In this document: piece after piece, positions 1-12,255 of the stretch
Position numbering within the stretch: position 1 is the stretch's first letter
How the letters are laid out: each line of letters begins with the position of its first letter
Origin: Mustelus asterias
Lineage: Eukaryota
NCBI RefSeq assembly: GCF_964213995.1
Contig: NC_135808.1
Span: 32,178,001 to 32,242,000 of the forward strand
Length of the DNA stretch: 64,000 bases
Reading direction: 5' to 3'
Notes under the pieces: generated by a model
What the model was told of the DNA's origin: nothing
The model's database searches: none
The model's input: only the letters and a program-made list of their open reading frames with translations
Program-made: the position numbers and the translations under genes

Positions 1-616
1 TGAGTCGCTGGTGAGTGTTTATTTATTCAAGCCTTAGCATTATTTCTGTTAATTCACTTAATAGTTTAATAAATAGAGGGATGGCAGGTAATCTCAGAAC
101 TGTGGAGTTCACATCCTGTTCCACGTGGGAACTCCAGGTTACTGCTCCAGTCCTGTATCGCCCCATATGCAGGAAATCTCTTCAGCTGTAGTAGCTGAAT
201 TGACGGGTTTCACACATTGAGCAGCAACTGGTGTTACTGCGTTGCGTTGTCAAGGCTAAGAGTTAACTTGTTTCTGGATGCAGTCACCCTACAATCTTAA
301 CCATGTGCTAGCAGAGTAAGGGTGGGTGACTGTCAGACAATTGTGGATGATCAGACAGGTAGTTGAGGTGTATCCCACTCCCCAATCTGCCCTCCTTACC
401 TGGACTGTTTGACATGTGATTCCAGATCCACAGCAATGTGGTTGCCTCTTAAACACCCTCTGAAATAGCCGAGTGAACCACTCAGTGCAAGGGCATTTAG
501 GGATGGGCAATAAATGCTGGCCTCACCAGTGACAGCCATATCCCATGAATGAAAAAAAATAAAGTTGAGATACACTCCACAAGGATAGGAGAAACAAATT
601 CAGAGACCCCCAGGAT

Positions 617-980
617 GGGGCAGCATAGGGGCACAGAGGTTAGCACTGCTGCCTCACAGCACCAGGGACCAGAGTTTGATTCCAGCCTTGGGTCACTGTC
701 TGTGTGGAGTCTGCACGTTATTCCTGTGTCTGTGTGGGTTTCCTTCGGGTGCTCCGGTTTCCTCCCACAGTCCAAAAGACATGCTGGTTTGGTGCATTGG
801 CCATGCTGAATTGCCCCTTAGTGTCCAAAGATGATTACATTAGGGGGATTAGCCATGGTAAATGCACACAGTTATGGGGGTAGAGTGTGGGGTTCGCCTG
901 GGTTAGATGCTGTTTTGGAGAGTCGGTGCAGGCTCGATGGGCCAGGTGGCCTCTTTCTGCACTATAGGGATATGATTCTA
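617..980 (+). mobile_element. HE1-like V-SINE
   Basis: tRNA-like head, V-domain TGGGTTTCC..CGGGTGCTCCGGTTTCCTCCCAC, CR1-type tail. Confidence 0.85.
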
Positions 981-1029
981 TGAGAGAGAATGAAAGAAGA
1001 TTTTTGCACAGGAATAAAAAATGCTTAGG

Positions 1030-1730
1030 CTCTGACCAAGGGCACAAAAAACTGCAAAGGGTTGTGAATGTCGCCCAATCCATCACGCAAACCAGCCTCC
1101 CATCCATTCACTCCGTCTACACTTTCCGCTGCCTCGGCAAAGCAGCCAGCATAATTATAGACCCCACGCATCCCAGACATTCTCTCTTTCACCCTCTTCC
1201 ATCAGGAAAAAGATACAAAAGTCTGAGGACACGTACCAACCGACGCAGGAACAGCTTCCCTGCTGCCATCAGACTTTTGAATGGACTTACCTTGCATTTC
1301 CCTAGCTATGAATGTAACCTTACATTCTGCACTCTCTCGTTTCCTTCTCCCCGATGCCACAGTGGTTAACACTACTGCCTCACAGTGCCAAGGACCGGGT
1401 TCGATTCCCGGCTTGGGTCACTGTCTGTGTGGAGTTTGCACATTTTCCCCGTGCCTGCATGGGTTTCCTCCGGGTGCTCCGGTTTCCTCCCACAGTCCAA
1501 AAGACGTGCTGGTTAGGTGCATTGGCCATGCTGAATTCTCCCTCAGTGTACCCGAACAGGTGTGCCGACTCGGGGATTTTCACAGTAACTTAATTGCAGT
1601 GTTAATGTAAGCCTCCTTGTAACTATTAAATAAATGAACAAACTTTATGTATTCTATGTATGGTATCATTTGTCTGTAAAGCACGTCAGAAAACACTTTT
1701 CACTGTATCCCGAACATGTGACAATAATCT
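1030..1730 (+). mobile_element. Rex1/Babar-type LINE 3' end, split by a SINE
   Basis: KLQRVV..AQ.I....LPS...HP.H.LF..LPSG.RY.S...RT.R..NSF.P.AIRLLN C-terminal motif. Confidence 0.7.
1355..1640 (+). mobile_element. V-SINE, alternative-tail subfamily
   Basis: Same head and core; tail ttgcagtgttaatgtaagcc...aataaa. Confidence 0.8.
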
Positions 1731-1967
1731 GCTTCCAGAGAGTAACTCCGGTTTACAGAGTGACTCAGTGAATTGGCTCCAGACAGGAACCAAGTGATCC
1801 AGTTCGATCCAGGGATGGGATTTCAGACAGGCAGCCAATGATGCGCTGGGAAACAAACATTTCAGCTGCCCAGTCCCTCCCCCCAGGCTGCATCCACCCA
1901 CTGGGGAGCGGGGAATTGATGAATCTCTTTCCTCTCCCTCTGCACCCACCCACCACGTCCCCCTTAC

Positions 1968-2381
1968 CTTGTACTTTCTCACCGCGTCCGCCACGGGCAG
2001 GAAGCTGTGTCCTGAGTGTGAGGGTGAATCGCGACAAATGACACAGATCAGAGTCTGATCGTCCTCACAGAAGAGTTTCAGCTTCTCATCGTGTTCCTCG
2101 CAGTGAGAGCCCACCGCCTGTGGCGCCGGGTTCACTTCCAACTGTCTGGCTTTCTCACAGAGATTGGCCAACACCCTGGCATTTTTAAACGACCTCTGGG
2201 GGAAAACTGCCCGGCATTCCGGGCAGGAAAACTTCTCCCCCTGCTTTCCCCAACACTTCTGGATACAGGATTTACAGAAGTTGTGCTCACAGTCCAGCCG
2301 CACCGGCTCCACAAACAGAGCCAGGCAGATGGAGCAGGTTAAATCCTCACTCAGAGTTAAGACTGATTTACTGGCGGCCAT
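1968..2381 (-). CDS. TRIM-A exon 1 (RING + B-box2) of a TRIM/RBCC gene; downstream exons not seen, probably left of the window
   Basis: ATG at 2381 (MAASKSVLTLSEDLTC). C3HC4 RING CSIC...CEHNFCKSC...CPEC and B-box2 CEEH...C..D...C..C...H..H. Ends at AAG|GTAAGG phase-0 donor; 414 nt, open. Confidence 0.9.
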
Positions 2382-2405
2382 CTCAGTTCCTGATCCTCGA
2401 TTTAA

Positions 2406-2422
2406 TTTCAATTTCACTTTCC
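2406..2422 (-). promoter_or_regulatory. ISRE/IRF-E upstream of TRIM-A
   Basis: Minus strand reads GGAAAGTGAAATTGAAA, three GAAA cores at GAAANNGAAA spacing, about 25 nt before the ATG. Confidence 0.6.
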
Positions 2423-3519
2423 AGTTTATTGCGAAACTCACTTATCAACCTACCTCTTAGGCAAACTAGTCAATGTTCAGTTTAATTTACATTCTTGTAA
2501 AGTTTCTTACTCATTTACTGCATATTGGCGTCACTGGCTAGACCAGCATTGATTGCCCCTGACACAATAGCCCCTTAATTTCCCAATCTCTCCCACCAAT
2601 CCAACTCTCAACTTTGACAAACGGTCATCTGGACTCGAAAGGTCAGCTCTTTTCTCCCCTTACAGATGCTACCAAACCTGCTGAGATTTTCCATCATTTT
2701 CTCTTTTGGAATCCAAATGTATCTCCCCCTGTCCCAATCTCCCCCCAGCCCCAATCTCTCCCCCAAGTCCCAATCTCTCCCCCAGTCCCAAACTCTCCCC
2801 CTGCCCCAATCCAGCCTCTTCTTATAACTCAATCCATCAAGTCCCAATAGCATCCTGGTAAATCTTTTCTGCACTTTTTCTAGTTTAATAATATCCTTTC
2901 GATAATAGGGTAACCAGAACTGTACACAGTATTCCAAGCGTGGCCTTACCAATGTCTTGTACAACTTCAACAAGATGTCCCAAATGGCAACCTTCTGCAT
3001 TGTATGGATTCTATGATCTTACTGAATGGGGGAGCAGGCTTGAGGGGCCGAGTGGCCTATTGTTGATGCTAATTTGTATGTTTGGGTTATTGGCTTGAAA
3101 TGTTTCACCACCAGTGAGATGAGGTCTTTGGCTGTCTGATTGAACACTCTCCCTTTTGTAAAAACAAGGGCATAAAATTTCCATTCCTCCAGACCTCTGG
3201 GTGAAATTTGAAAAGCTAACTATCTCCTCCCCTCAGGATACCAGAAGTGCGATGTTCTTTCTGAGGATCCTGGATATGTGATATCTGTTCCCATTTTCCT
3301 TACCTCTTTATCAGACATATTCGGGATGGCGCTTCCCAAATCTCTTTCACTTGGGTACTTTGATGTACTACCCAGCCCGATTCTGGGATTTATTGCATCT
3401 TGGAGTACAGGAGTGACTCTTTTACCTTTTCTAATACGAGCAGTAACCAGAGAATTACTTCCTCAGAAATAAATGTATGGAAACAAATGGGAACATTGGG
3501 CCTGTTTACCATCAGAGGA

Positions 3520-4260
3520 GATGATATCATGAGGAGTGAATCGAGTTGGTTGGAGACTGGCATCTGTGATGCCGGGAACCGAAGGAGGAGGCCAAGATGG
3601 ATCGTCCCCTTGGCACTTCCGGCAAAAGCTGGTTGTAAATGCTGCAAATATGTTGTTAGTACTCTTATGCCAGGATTCCCCATCACTGGGGACATGGATG
3701 TTTTTGAACACTCCATTTAAAAAAAAATTCTTTTCATTGAATGTGAGCATTGCTAGTAAACACTTGTTGCCCTTTCCTAGTTGACCTTGAGAAGATGGTG
3801 AGCTGCCTTCTTGAACCACTGCAGTCCCTGTACAGTAGGTACACCCATGGAGCTGTTAGGGAGGGAGTTCCAGGATTTTGACCCAGCGACAGTGAAGGAA
3901 CGGCAATATATTTCAAAGTCAGGTTGGTGAGTGACTTGGCGGGGAAATTCCAGGTGGTGGAGTTCCCAGGTATCTGCTGCCCTTGTCCTGCGAGATGGAC
4001 ATGGTCGTGGGTTTGGAAGGTACTGCCGAAGGATCTTGGTGAGTTCCTGCAGTGCAACTTTTTGGTGGTACAGATGGCTGCCACTGTTTTTTGGTGGTGG
4101 GGGGAGTGAATGGTTATGGTGGTGGATGGGTTGACAGTCAAGCAGGTTGCTATGTCCTGGATGGTGTTGAACTTCTTGAGTGTTGTTGGAGCTGCACCCA
4201 TCCAGGTAAGTGGTGAGCATTCCATCACGCTCCTGACTTGTGTCTTGTAGACAGACTTTG
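3520..4260 (-). mobile_element. CR1/L2-clade LINE fragments
   Basis: ASLQPTRFTP and WMGAAPTTLKK..TIQD motifs; related copies at about 9350-9790 (+) and 16700-17000 (-). Confidence 0.6.
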
Positions 4261-4804
4261 TGCCTTATTAATCCTGTTCTTCATTCCTACATAGGCGTAT
4301 TTGGGATTTTGGGGGCAGGAGTGTAATAGCATGGCTCTTTAAGGAGGACAGGCTTTGGGGAGTCAGGAGGTAAGTTACTCGCTGCAGAATTCCCAGAATT
4401 TTCTGTTTTTTTTAAAGTTTTGACTCAGGCGAGAAAAGTGGGTCGGAGCTCACCAGTTTCACTGCTGGCTTTCCCGCCATACTTTTAAACACCTCGAAAA
4501 CAAATGCTGGAGACATGGTTCACGCCGTCTCAGTGCCTGAGCAGGGTCAGAAATAGCTGGGATCCCGAGGTCAGGGCGCCCTTATTATCGATTTCCAATT
4601 TTAAAAAAATGAACCCTCCACAGAAACACAAGGGGCCCCAACCCCCCAACCCCCGCTCAAGGGAGCTACCCAGAGGGCCCCCAGCATCTAACCATGTGTT
4701 GTAACATCACCAAATCAAATCCTCATTGTTACTGTGATAGATCGAGGGTGACTCAATGTGGTTTGACTCAATAAAGGATTTGTTACCAAATACAGACTAA
4801 TATA

Positions 4805-5150
4805 TAGAATCATAGAAACCCTACAGTACAGAAAGAGGCCATTCGGCCCATCGAGTCTGCACCGACCACAATCCCACCCAGGCCCTACTACCATATCCCC
4901 ACATATTTTACCCGCTCATCCCTCTAATCTATGCATCCCAGGACCCTAAGGGGCAATTTGAGCATGGCCAATCAACCTAACCCGCACATCTTTGGACTGT
5001 GGGAGGAAACCGGAGCACCCGGAGGAAACCCACGCAGACACGAGGAGAATGTGCAAACTCCACACAGACAGTGACCCAAGCCGGGAATCAAACCCAGGTC
5101 CTTGGAGCTGTGAAGCAGCAGAGCTAACCACTGTGCTACCGTGCTGCCCC
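4805..5150 (-). mobile_element. HE1-like V-SINE
   Basis: Full length, ttctatg tail. Confidence 0.85.
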
Positions 5151-6775
5151 AAATTCCACCATCTGCCGTGGCGGGATTCGAATCAGGGTCCCCAGAACAT
5201 TAGCTGAGTTTCTGGATTCACAGTCCAGCGATAATACCACTAGGCCATTGGCTCCCCTTTTATAAAGTTTATTTATTAGTCACAGTAGGCTTACATTGAC
5301 ACTGCAATGAAGTTACTGTGAAAACCCCCCAGTCGCCATACTCCGGCACCTGTTCGGGTACACTGGAGAATTTAGCATGGCCAATGCACCTAACCAGCAC
5401 GTCTTTCAGACTGTGGCAGGAAACCGGAGCACCCGGAGGAAACCCATGCCAACACAGGGAGAATGTGCAGACTCCGCACAGACAGTGACCCAAGCCGGGA
5501 ATCGAACCCAGGTCCCTGGCACTATGAGACCGCAAACAATCAAACAATCTCAGACTAGATTACAAGTCTCTCCTTGATCCGTGGTACGCGCCTTCCAGCT
5601 GATTTGCTCAGCTTCTCGCCATGGCGATCAATAGGGTCCTCACTGATCACGTGGCCCTTGGGAACCATTCCTGCTTAAAGGGCCATGCTATCACACTCCT
5701 TCCCCCCAAAATCCCAAATGCATTTATGTCAGAACGAAGAACAGGATTCGTATATCACACAATAGGCTCTAGATAAAATGGCTAACAGGGAAACGTCTGG
5801 AAAACTCACCAAAGATTTGATCAGTTTGGAGACTCCCAAGCTCTGGTAGAGCGCCTCAGTTCAGTGGTGAACTCTTCTACAGTTAAAGGGCCAGGCTGGA
5901 CAGCCAGAAATGGCCGACTATTTATTCCAGGATCCAGTGGCTATTCTGGCTCCTCAGTTTCCACAACCATCGGTTGCTCCGGTTCCACATTCTCCACAGG
6001 AATCCCAGTAACCAGTCTTTCCTAAAGCATTTAAAATAACAAAGTTGCATATTTCCCGCTGTAAATTTAACCCTATATCTTAAGAGGTTTCTAAGGATCA
6101 ACATTGCATCAGGGAGACTCTTAAAACTGGGATAAACAACACTGCTTAAAGTACAGAGCAAAATGCAAATCGACTTGAGTGGAGACTTATTACAGACATT
6201 GCAAATCCATTTTATTACTCACAAATATACTTTTCACTGGAAATTAACAGCGTGTCATAACAAAACTGTAAGAAGAATAAAAAAAAGAAAATCTTCAACT
6301 TTCTGCGCATTTCAAATATTTTAAGCATCTTTTTAGCATATTTAAAATAAAAATAACCTCCCCCCACCTCACAAAGAATGTCTGCTGCCTCTATCATTAC
6401 AGCTCGAGCAGAAAAAGTGTGTAAATAAATAAGTATAAAGACTCACTTATCATCGGAGCAAGTAGAGGCAGTTAGGAGAAAATGCAGCTCAGTGCTTCAA
6501 TCCCAGCAACTTTAAAAACAGAACCAGCGGTTTAACCTTTCACCACGCATGTCCATGCTTCTGTATTGAATCTATCCCAGTTAGCATAGGTCAGTGGTGG
6601 GTAACCTGTGGCCTATCACTGGCATAGATAATGACATTGTGGTAATGTTACTGGGACAGTAATCCAGAGCACTGTACATACTTAATCCATTGAATTAAAA
6701 TTCACTTGTTGTTGGATATTAAGTGCAAAGCATTTGGCCAAGCATTTTTGCCACACCCATGTCAACCTCAGAATG

Positions 6776-7690
6776 ATGTGGAGATGCCGGCGTTGGACTG
6801 GGGTAAACACAGTAAGAAGTTTAACAACACCAGGTTAAAGTCCAACAGGTTTATTTGGTAGCAAAAGCCACACAAGCTTTCGAGGCTCTGAGCCCCTTCT
6901 TCAGGTGAGTGGGAATTCTGTTCACAAACAGAACTTATAAGACACAGACTCAATTTACATGAATAATGGTTGGAATGCGAATACTTACAACTAATCCAGT
7001 CTTTAAGAAACAAAACAATGGGAGTGGGGAGAGCATCAAGACAGGCTAAAAAGATGTGTATTGTCTCCAGACAAGACAGCCAGTGAAACTCTGCAGGTCC
7101 ACGCAACTGTGGGAGTTACAAATAGTGTGACATAAATTCTGATTCAGTGGTCACGGGCATTCGGCCTCTGATATTCGGGTAAGCGTTCTCCAAGGCGGCC
7201 TTCGCGACACACGACAGCGCAGAGTCGCGGAGCAGAAACTGATAGCCAGGTTCCGCACACACAAGGACGGCCTCAACCGGGATATTGGGTTTATGTCACA
7301 CTATTTCACATAAATATTTCTGCTTTTTTCCTCCTGAGTCTTTATCATGCGATCCTAGAATCAGAATTTATGTCACACTATTTGTAACTCCCACAGTTGC
7401 GTGGACCTGCAGAGTTTCACTGGCTGTCTTGTCTGGAGACAATACACATCTTTTTAGCCTGTCTTGATGCTCTCCCCACTCCCATTGTTTTGTTTCTTAA
7501 AGACTGGATTAGTTGTAAGTATTCGCATTCCAACCATTATTCATGTAAATTGAGTCTGTGTCTTATAAGTTCTGTTTGTGAACAGAATTCCCACTCACCT
7601 GAAGAAGGGGCTCAGAGCCTCGAAAGCTTGTGTGGCTTTTGCTACCAAATAAACCTGTTGGACTTTAACCTGGTGTTGTTAAACTTCTTA
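6776..7690. mobile_element. Fold-back Penelope-like element remnant (inverted pLTRs, GIY-YIG tail)
   Basis: About 330-bp near-perfect inverted arms; TSD caacctcagaatg at 6763 and 7691. Confidence 0.8.
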
Positions 7691-7974
7691 CAACCTCAGA
7701 ATGTCCAGACATACTTTTCAACCAAATTAAACACTTCTGGCTGAGTGTGACATCAAGGAACTCTATGCGGTTGTGTGGAATTTTAGTTTGGGATTGATTC
7801 ACAGATATGGAGTTGGAAGATGACAATAGGAATAATTTTGAAAGGAGATTCCTTGCTGGAAATCTTTGTGGAGTCTGACAGAAGGGTGTTGGGGTGATGG
7901 GGAAGTATCCTTAAATCCCAGATGTCTCTGTTAGCCTTCTTGAAAGTTTGAACATCAATAGCAGCACCAAGACC

Positions 7975-8430
7975 TAGCTTGGCTGGTGATGAGAAAGGCA
8001 CTCCCTGCCAGATTCTTTATACACGCCCAAAGTCTCTGTGCCACTGCACAATGCCCTCGAAGCTACTGCGGGCGGGACAGGGGGATGGAGGGGAAGACCG
8101 TTCTCCACCTCCTTGTGGAATGTGTCTTTGCAAAGAAGGTTTGGAGAGAGGTGAGGTGGTTTTTGGCGAGGTTAATCCCGAGCAGGACGCAGGACTCTGT
8201 GCTCTATAGGCTGTTCCCAGGCACTCTGAGGCAAACATCCAATCAACTCGGATCATCAACTCGGTGAAAGATGCTCTTTGGTCTGCCCGAAACTTCCAGT
8301 GCAAAGAGTTGTCCTCGACCCTGAGTGTTTCAGATTGGCACATTCCAAAACCCAGGATGACGTGTTGAGGGACGCACTCAAGTTTGGGGCAGCTGCCGCC
8401 AAGGCGCAATGGGGAAAGGCCATTGTGTAA
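7975..8430 (+). mobile_element. Tx1/L1-type LINE C-terminal zinc-binding region
   Basis: CP...CG...TVLHLLVECVFAKKVW zf-RVT-like motif, frameshifted. Confidence 0.6.
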
Positions 8431-10015
8431 GGACTTTCAGCCAAAGTAGACCGAGTGGCTGGTAACCAGGTAAAAGCCCTCAGACTGTGTGCCGAACCCA
8501 AATGATATGTAACTGTATTGAAACACCACAGAACAAGGTTTATTTATTAGTCACAAGTAAAACTTCCATCAACACTGCAATGAAGTTACTATGAAATTTC
8601 CCTCGTCGCCACAGTCCAGCGCCTGTTTGGGTCAATGCACCTAACCAGCACGTCTTTCAGACTGTGGGAGGAAACCGGAGCACCCGGAGGAAACCCACGC
8701 AGACACGGGGAGAACGTGCAAACTCCACACAGACGGTGACCCAAGCCAGGAATCGAACCCTGGTCTCTGGCGCTGAGAGGCAGCAGTGCTAACCACTGTG
8801 CTCCCATGCCGTCCCACAGTGCAATGTGACCAATGTATATAGCTTGAATAGAAATGTACTCTCTCTAATGAAAATATTGAAAAGCCTGTTATGTTCCCAT
8901 TACTGAATTGAAGCACCTCAGATTGCATCTTGTTCTCTGGAGAAAATGTGACTTTACTGCTGTAACAATTTGAAATGTTTTGTCATGTTTCAGAGATTTT
9001 ATGCATTTACATTTTAAAAACTTCCATCGCCAGGGACCCATGCCTGTCTTCTTTTCCCTCCCCAAAGTCTATGTCCCAAATCCGTACCCAGTTTTCCCAA
9101 CTCCATACGGACACCCGCTACCAGGTTCCATCCCTACCACTGTTCCTGAACATTCCTAAACTGCCACAAAAATGACATTCCCTCTTCCTGTGACAATGAC
9201 ACTGACCCTCCTTGTCCTCCCTGCTGACATTAACACTAAGACAGTGAGCCACACGACCCTCCTTCCACACCGCAGCGTCCATCTCTACAGGGACTGCTTC
9301 CCACTTAGTTCCATTCTAACATGTACAGTCCGAACCAGAGAACCTGCTGTAAAGTAACAACAATCAAGAAGCTCGACACCATCCTGGACAAAGCAGCACA
9401 AATGATTGTTACCCCTTCCACAAACATTCAATCCCTTCACCACCGATGCACAGCGAGAGCCACCTGTACCATCTACAAGATGCACTGCAGGAACTCACCA
9501 AGGTTACTGAGGCAGCACCTTCCAAACCCATGACCTCTACCATCTCGAAGGACAAGGGCAGCAGATACCTGGGAACACCACCACCTTCAAGTCACTCACC
9601 ATCCTGTCTTGGAAATATATTGCCGTTCCTTCACTGTCGCTGGGTCAAAATCCTGGAGCTCCCTCACAAACAGCAATTACAATTCGGGGACTGCAGGGGT
9701 TCAAGAAGACCGCTCATCATCACCTTATCTAATGCAAGTAGGGTTGAACAATAAATGTTGGCCTAGCTAGCAACGCCTACATCCCGTAAATAAAAATGAA
9801 CTCCTGCAGTGACCCTGCCTGTTACCTCTGAAATCCCCACCAGGGTCTATCCACACTCAGTCCTTTTCCCCATCCTCAGCACTGTCCCTTAGCAACATCA
9901 TCCACAGGCAGGGAGTCAGGATCCACAGGTACGCTGAAAGTAGCCCCAGCTAATACACCTCCCTCAACCACCCCACTCTCAGGCTTCGGACTGTTTGAAA
10001 CAAGATTGGCTGGCT

Positions 10016-10313
10016 GGGATTTCCGACCTCCAGCCTGCCCCAGAATTCTCTGTGCTATTTTTCCCCATTTTGAGGAGAAGGTTACAGTAAATCTGGAACT
10101 GGGGGAATTTCAGACAGAGAGGGGTGGAGAGATCATTCTGCTCAGAGAAATCACACTGGAATTTCCAGCTCTTCCCCAGATTTGTATCCCCATTCAAAAC
10201 TCTGGAGCAAAAACAAATGATTCCATTGGGTCTTTAGACACCTGACATTCAAAGAGATAGATATTTCTCAGGTAATTTTACGAATGCAATCTGGGTGAAA
10301 TGAAACTGAAAGT
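10016..10313 (+). promoter_or_regulatory. TRIM-B proximal promoter: ISRE plus three NF-kB-like sites
   Basis: GAAATGAAACTGAAAGT at 10297-10313; GGGATTTCC at 10016, GGGGGAATTTC at 10101, GGAATTTCC at 10158. Confidence 0.55.
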
Positions 10314-10347
10314 TCAGCGAATAACAGAAGCAGGAGCAGCAACGGAG

Positions 10348-10845
10348 ATGGCAGTCAGTAAACACATCTTATCGCTGAGTGAGGATTTAACCTGCTCCAT
10401 CTGTCGGTCTCTGTTTGTGGAGCCGGTGCGGCTGGACTGTGATCACAACTTCTGTAAATCCTGTATCCAGAAGTGTTGGGGAAAGCAGCGTCAGGCTGTG
10501 TCCTGCCCGGAATGTCAGCAGCTTCTCCCCCGGAGAGGTTTCACCAGTAACAGGGTACTGGCCAATCTCTGTGAGAAAACCAGGCAACTGGAGCTGAAAC
10601 TGGAGGAGGAACATGGGGAGAAGCTGGATGGAGACACAGAGAGGGAGCAGTCCCTCTGTGAGAAACACGGGGAGAAGCTGGATGGAGACACAGAGAGGGA
10701 GCAGTCTCTCTGTGAGAAACACGGGGAGAAGCTGATCCTGTTCTGTGAGGATGATGAGATTCTGATCTGTGCCAAATGTGTAGATTCTCCCCCACATTCA
10801 GACCACAGATTCATTCCGATGCAGAAGGTAGTTCAAAAATACAAG
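10348..10845 (+). CDS. TRIM-B exon 1 (RING, 54-bp repeat linker, B-box2)
   Basis: ATG at 10348 (MAVSKHILSLSEDLTC); intact RING and B-box ligands; AAG|GTGAG donor; 498 nt. Confidence 0.9.
10606..10734 (+). repeat. Coding 54-bp tandem repeat ([18 protein letters not shown]), about 2.4 copies
   Basis: Direct repeat visible in DNA and protein. Confidence 0.9.
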
Positions 10846-12101
10846 GTGAGGGGCCACAGTGTGATGCCTGTCTCCATTTGGGCATTTGATTGTGATTTGG
10901 GCTGTTTGGTTGAATGAGTGAGTCTTGCTCAGTGTCCCCCATTCGCTCACTTCAACACTGACATTTCCACACAGTTCATTCTGGTGGGAAACATTAATTG
11001 TTCTCCAAACAAACACTTTTAAAGATGATTAGCAAACGAACTGAAGGCTTCTTTATTTGAAGACTATCAGGGTTACAGGAGATTGAATTAGTACGAGGAA
11101 CTACGATGTTGTTGCCATGACAGAGAAGGACAGAGACAGGGTTAAGGGAAGACAGGATTTACCGCAATACAAGGACAGGATTGGTAGCTTAACATTCCAG
11201 GATACAGATGTTTCAGACGGGATAGAGGGGGATGTAACAGGGGTGGGGGAATTGCACTACTGGTTAAGGAGAATTTCACAGCTGTCCTGCGGGAGGACAC
11301 CTCGGAGGGCTTATACAGCGAGGCAATATGGGTAGAGCTCAGGAATAGAAAAGGTGTAGTCACAATGTTGGGGGTTTACTATAGGCCACCCAACTGCCAG
11401 CGGGAGATAGAGGAACAGATATGTAGGCAGATTTTGACAAGGTGCAAAAGTAACGGCGTTGTTGTGGTGGGAGATTTTTACTTCCCCTATATTGACTGGG
11501 ACTCACTTAGTGCTAGGGGAGTGGATGGGGCAGAGTTTGTAAGGAGGACAATTTTTTTTTAGCATGGCCAATCAACTGAACCCGCACATCTTTGGACTGT
11601 GGGAGGAAACCGGAGCACCCGGAGGAAACCCATGCAGACACAAGGAGAATGTGCAAACTCCACACAGACAGTGACCCAAGCTGGGAATCGAACCCGGGTC
11701 CTGGTATTGGGGCATGAGCCCGGCCAGGTGGTCGATGCTTCAGTAGGGGAGCACTTCGGGAAATCTTCGAGATAGGATTTATTCCCACTTGGAAATAAGT
11801 GTACATATCAGTGAGAGACAACATGGTTTTGTGAAGGGGAGGTCGTGTCTCACAAACTTGATCGAGTTTTTCGAGGAAGTGACGAAGATGATTGATGAGG
11901 GTAGGGCAGTGGATGTTGTCTACATGGACTTCAGTAAGGCCTTTGACAAGGTCCCTCATGGCAGACTGGTGCAGAAGGTGAAGTCGCATGGGATCAGAGG
12001 TGAGCTGGCAAGGTGGATACAAAACTGACTCGGTCAAAGAAGACAGAGGGTAGCAGTGGAAGGGTGCGTTTCTGAATGGAGGGCTGTGGCAAGTGGTGTT
12101 C

Positions 12102-12255
12102 ATGATGTGGAGATGCCGGCATTGGACTGGGGTGAACACAGTAAGAGTTTTAACATTTCCACTCCATCTGACGAAGGAGCAGCGCTCCGAAAGCTAATGG
12201 TATTTGCTACCAAATAAACCTGTTGAACTTTAACCTGGTGTTGTCAAAACTCTGA
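12102..12255. mobile_element. About 150-bp mini Penelope derivative inserted in a CR1 LINE
   Basis: Inverted pLTR end, hammerhead motif and pLTR 3' segment; TSD caagtggtgttc/caagtggtattc. Confidence 0.75.
12164..12200 (+). ncRNA. Minimal hammerhead ribozyme motif (covariant stem I)
   Basis: CCAT-CTGACGA-A-GGAGC-AGC-GCTCC-GAAA-GC-TA-ATGG. Confidence 0.7.
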
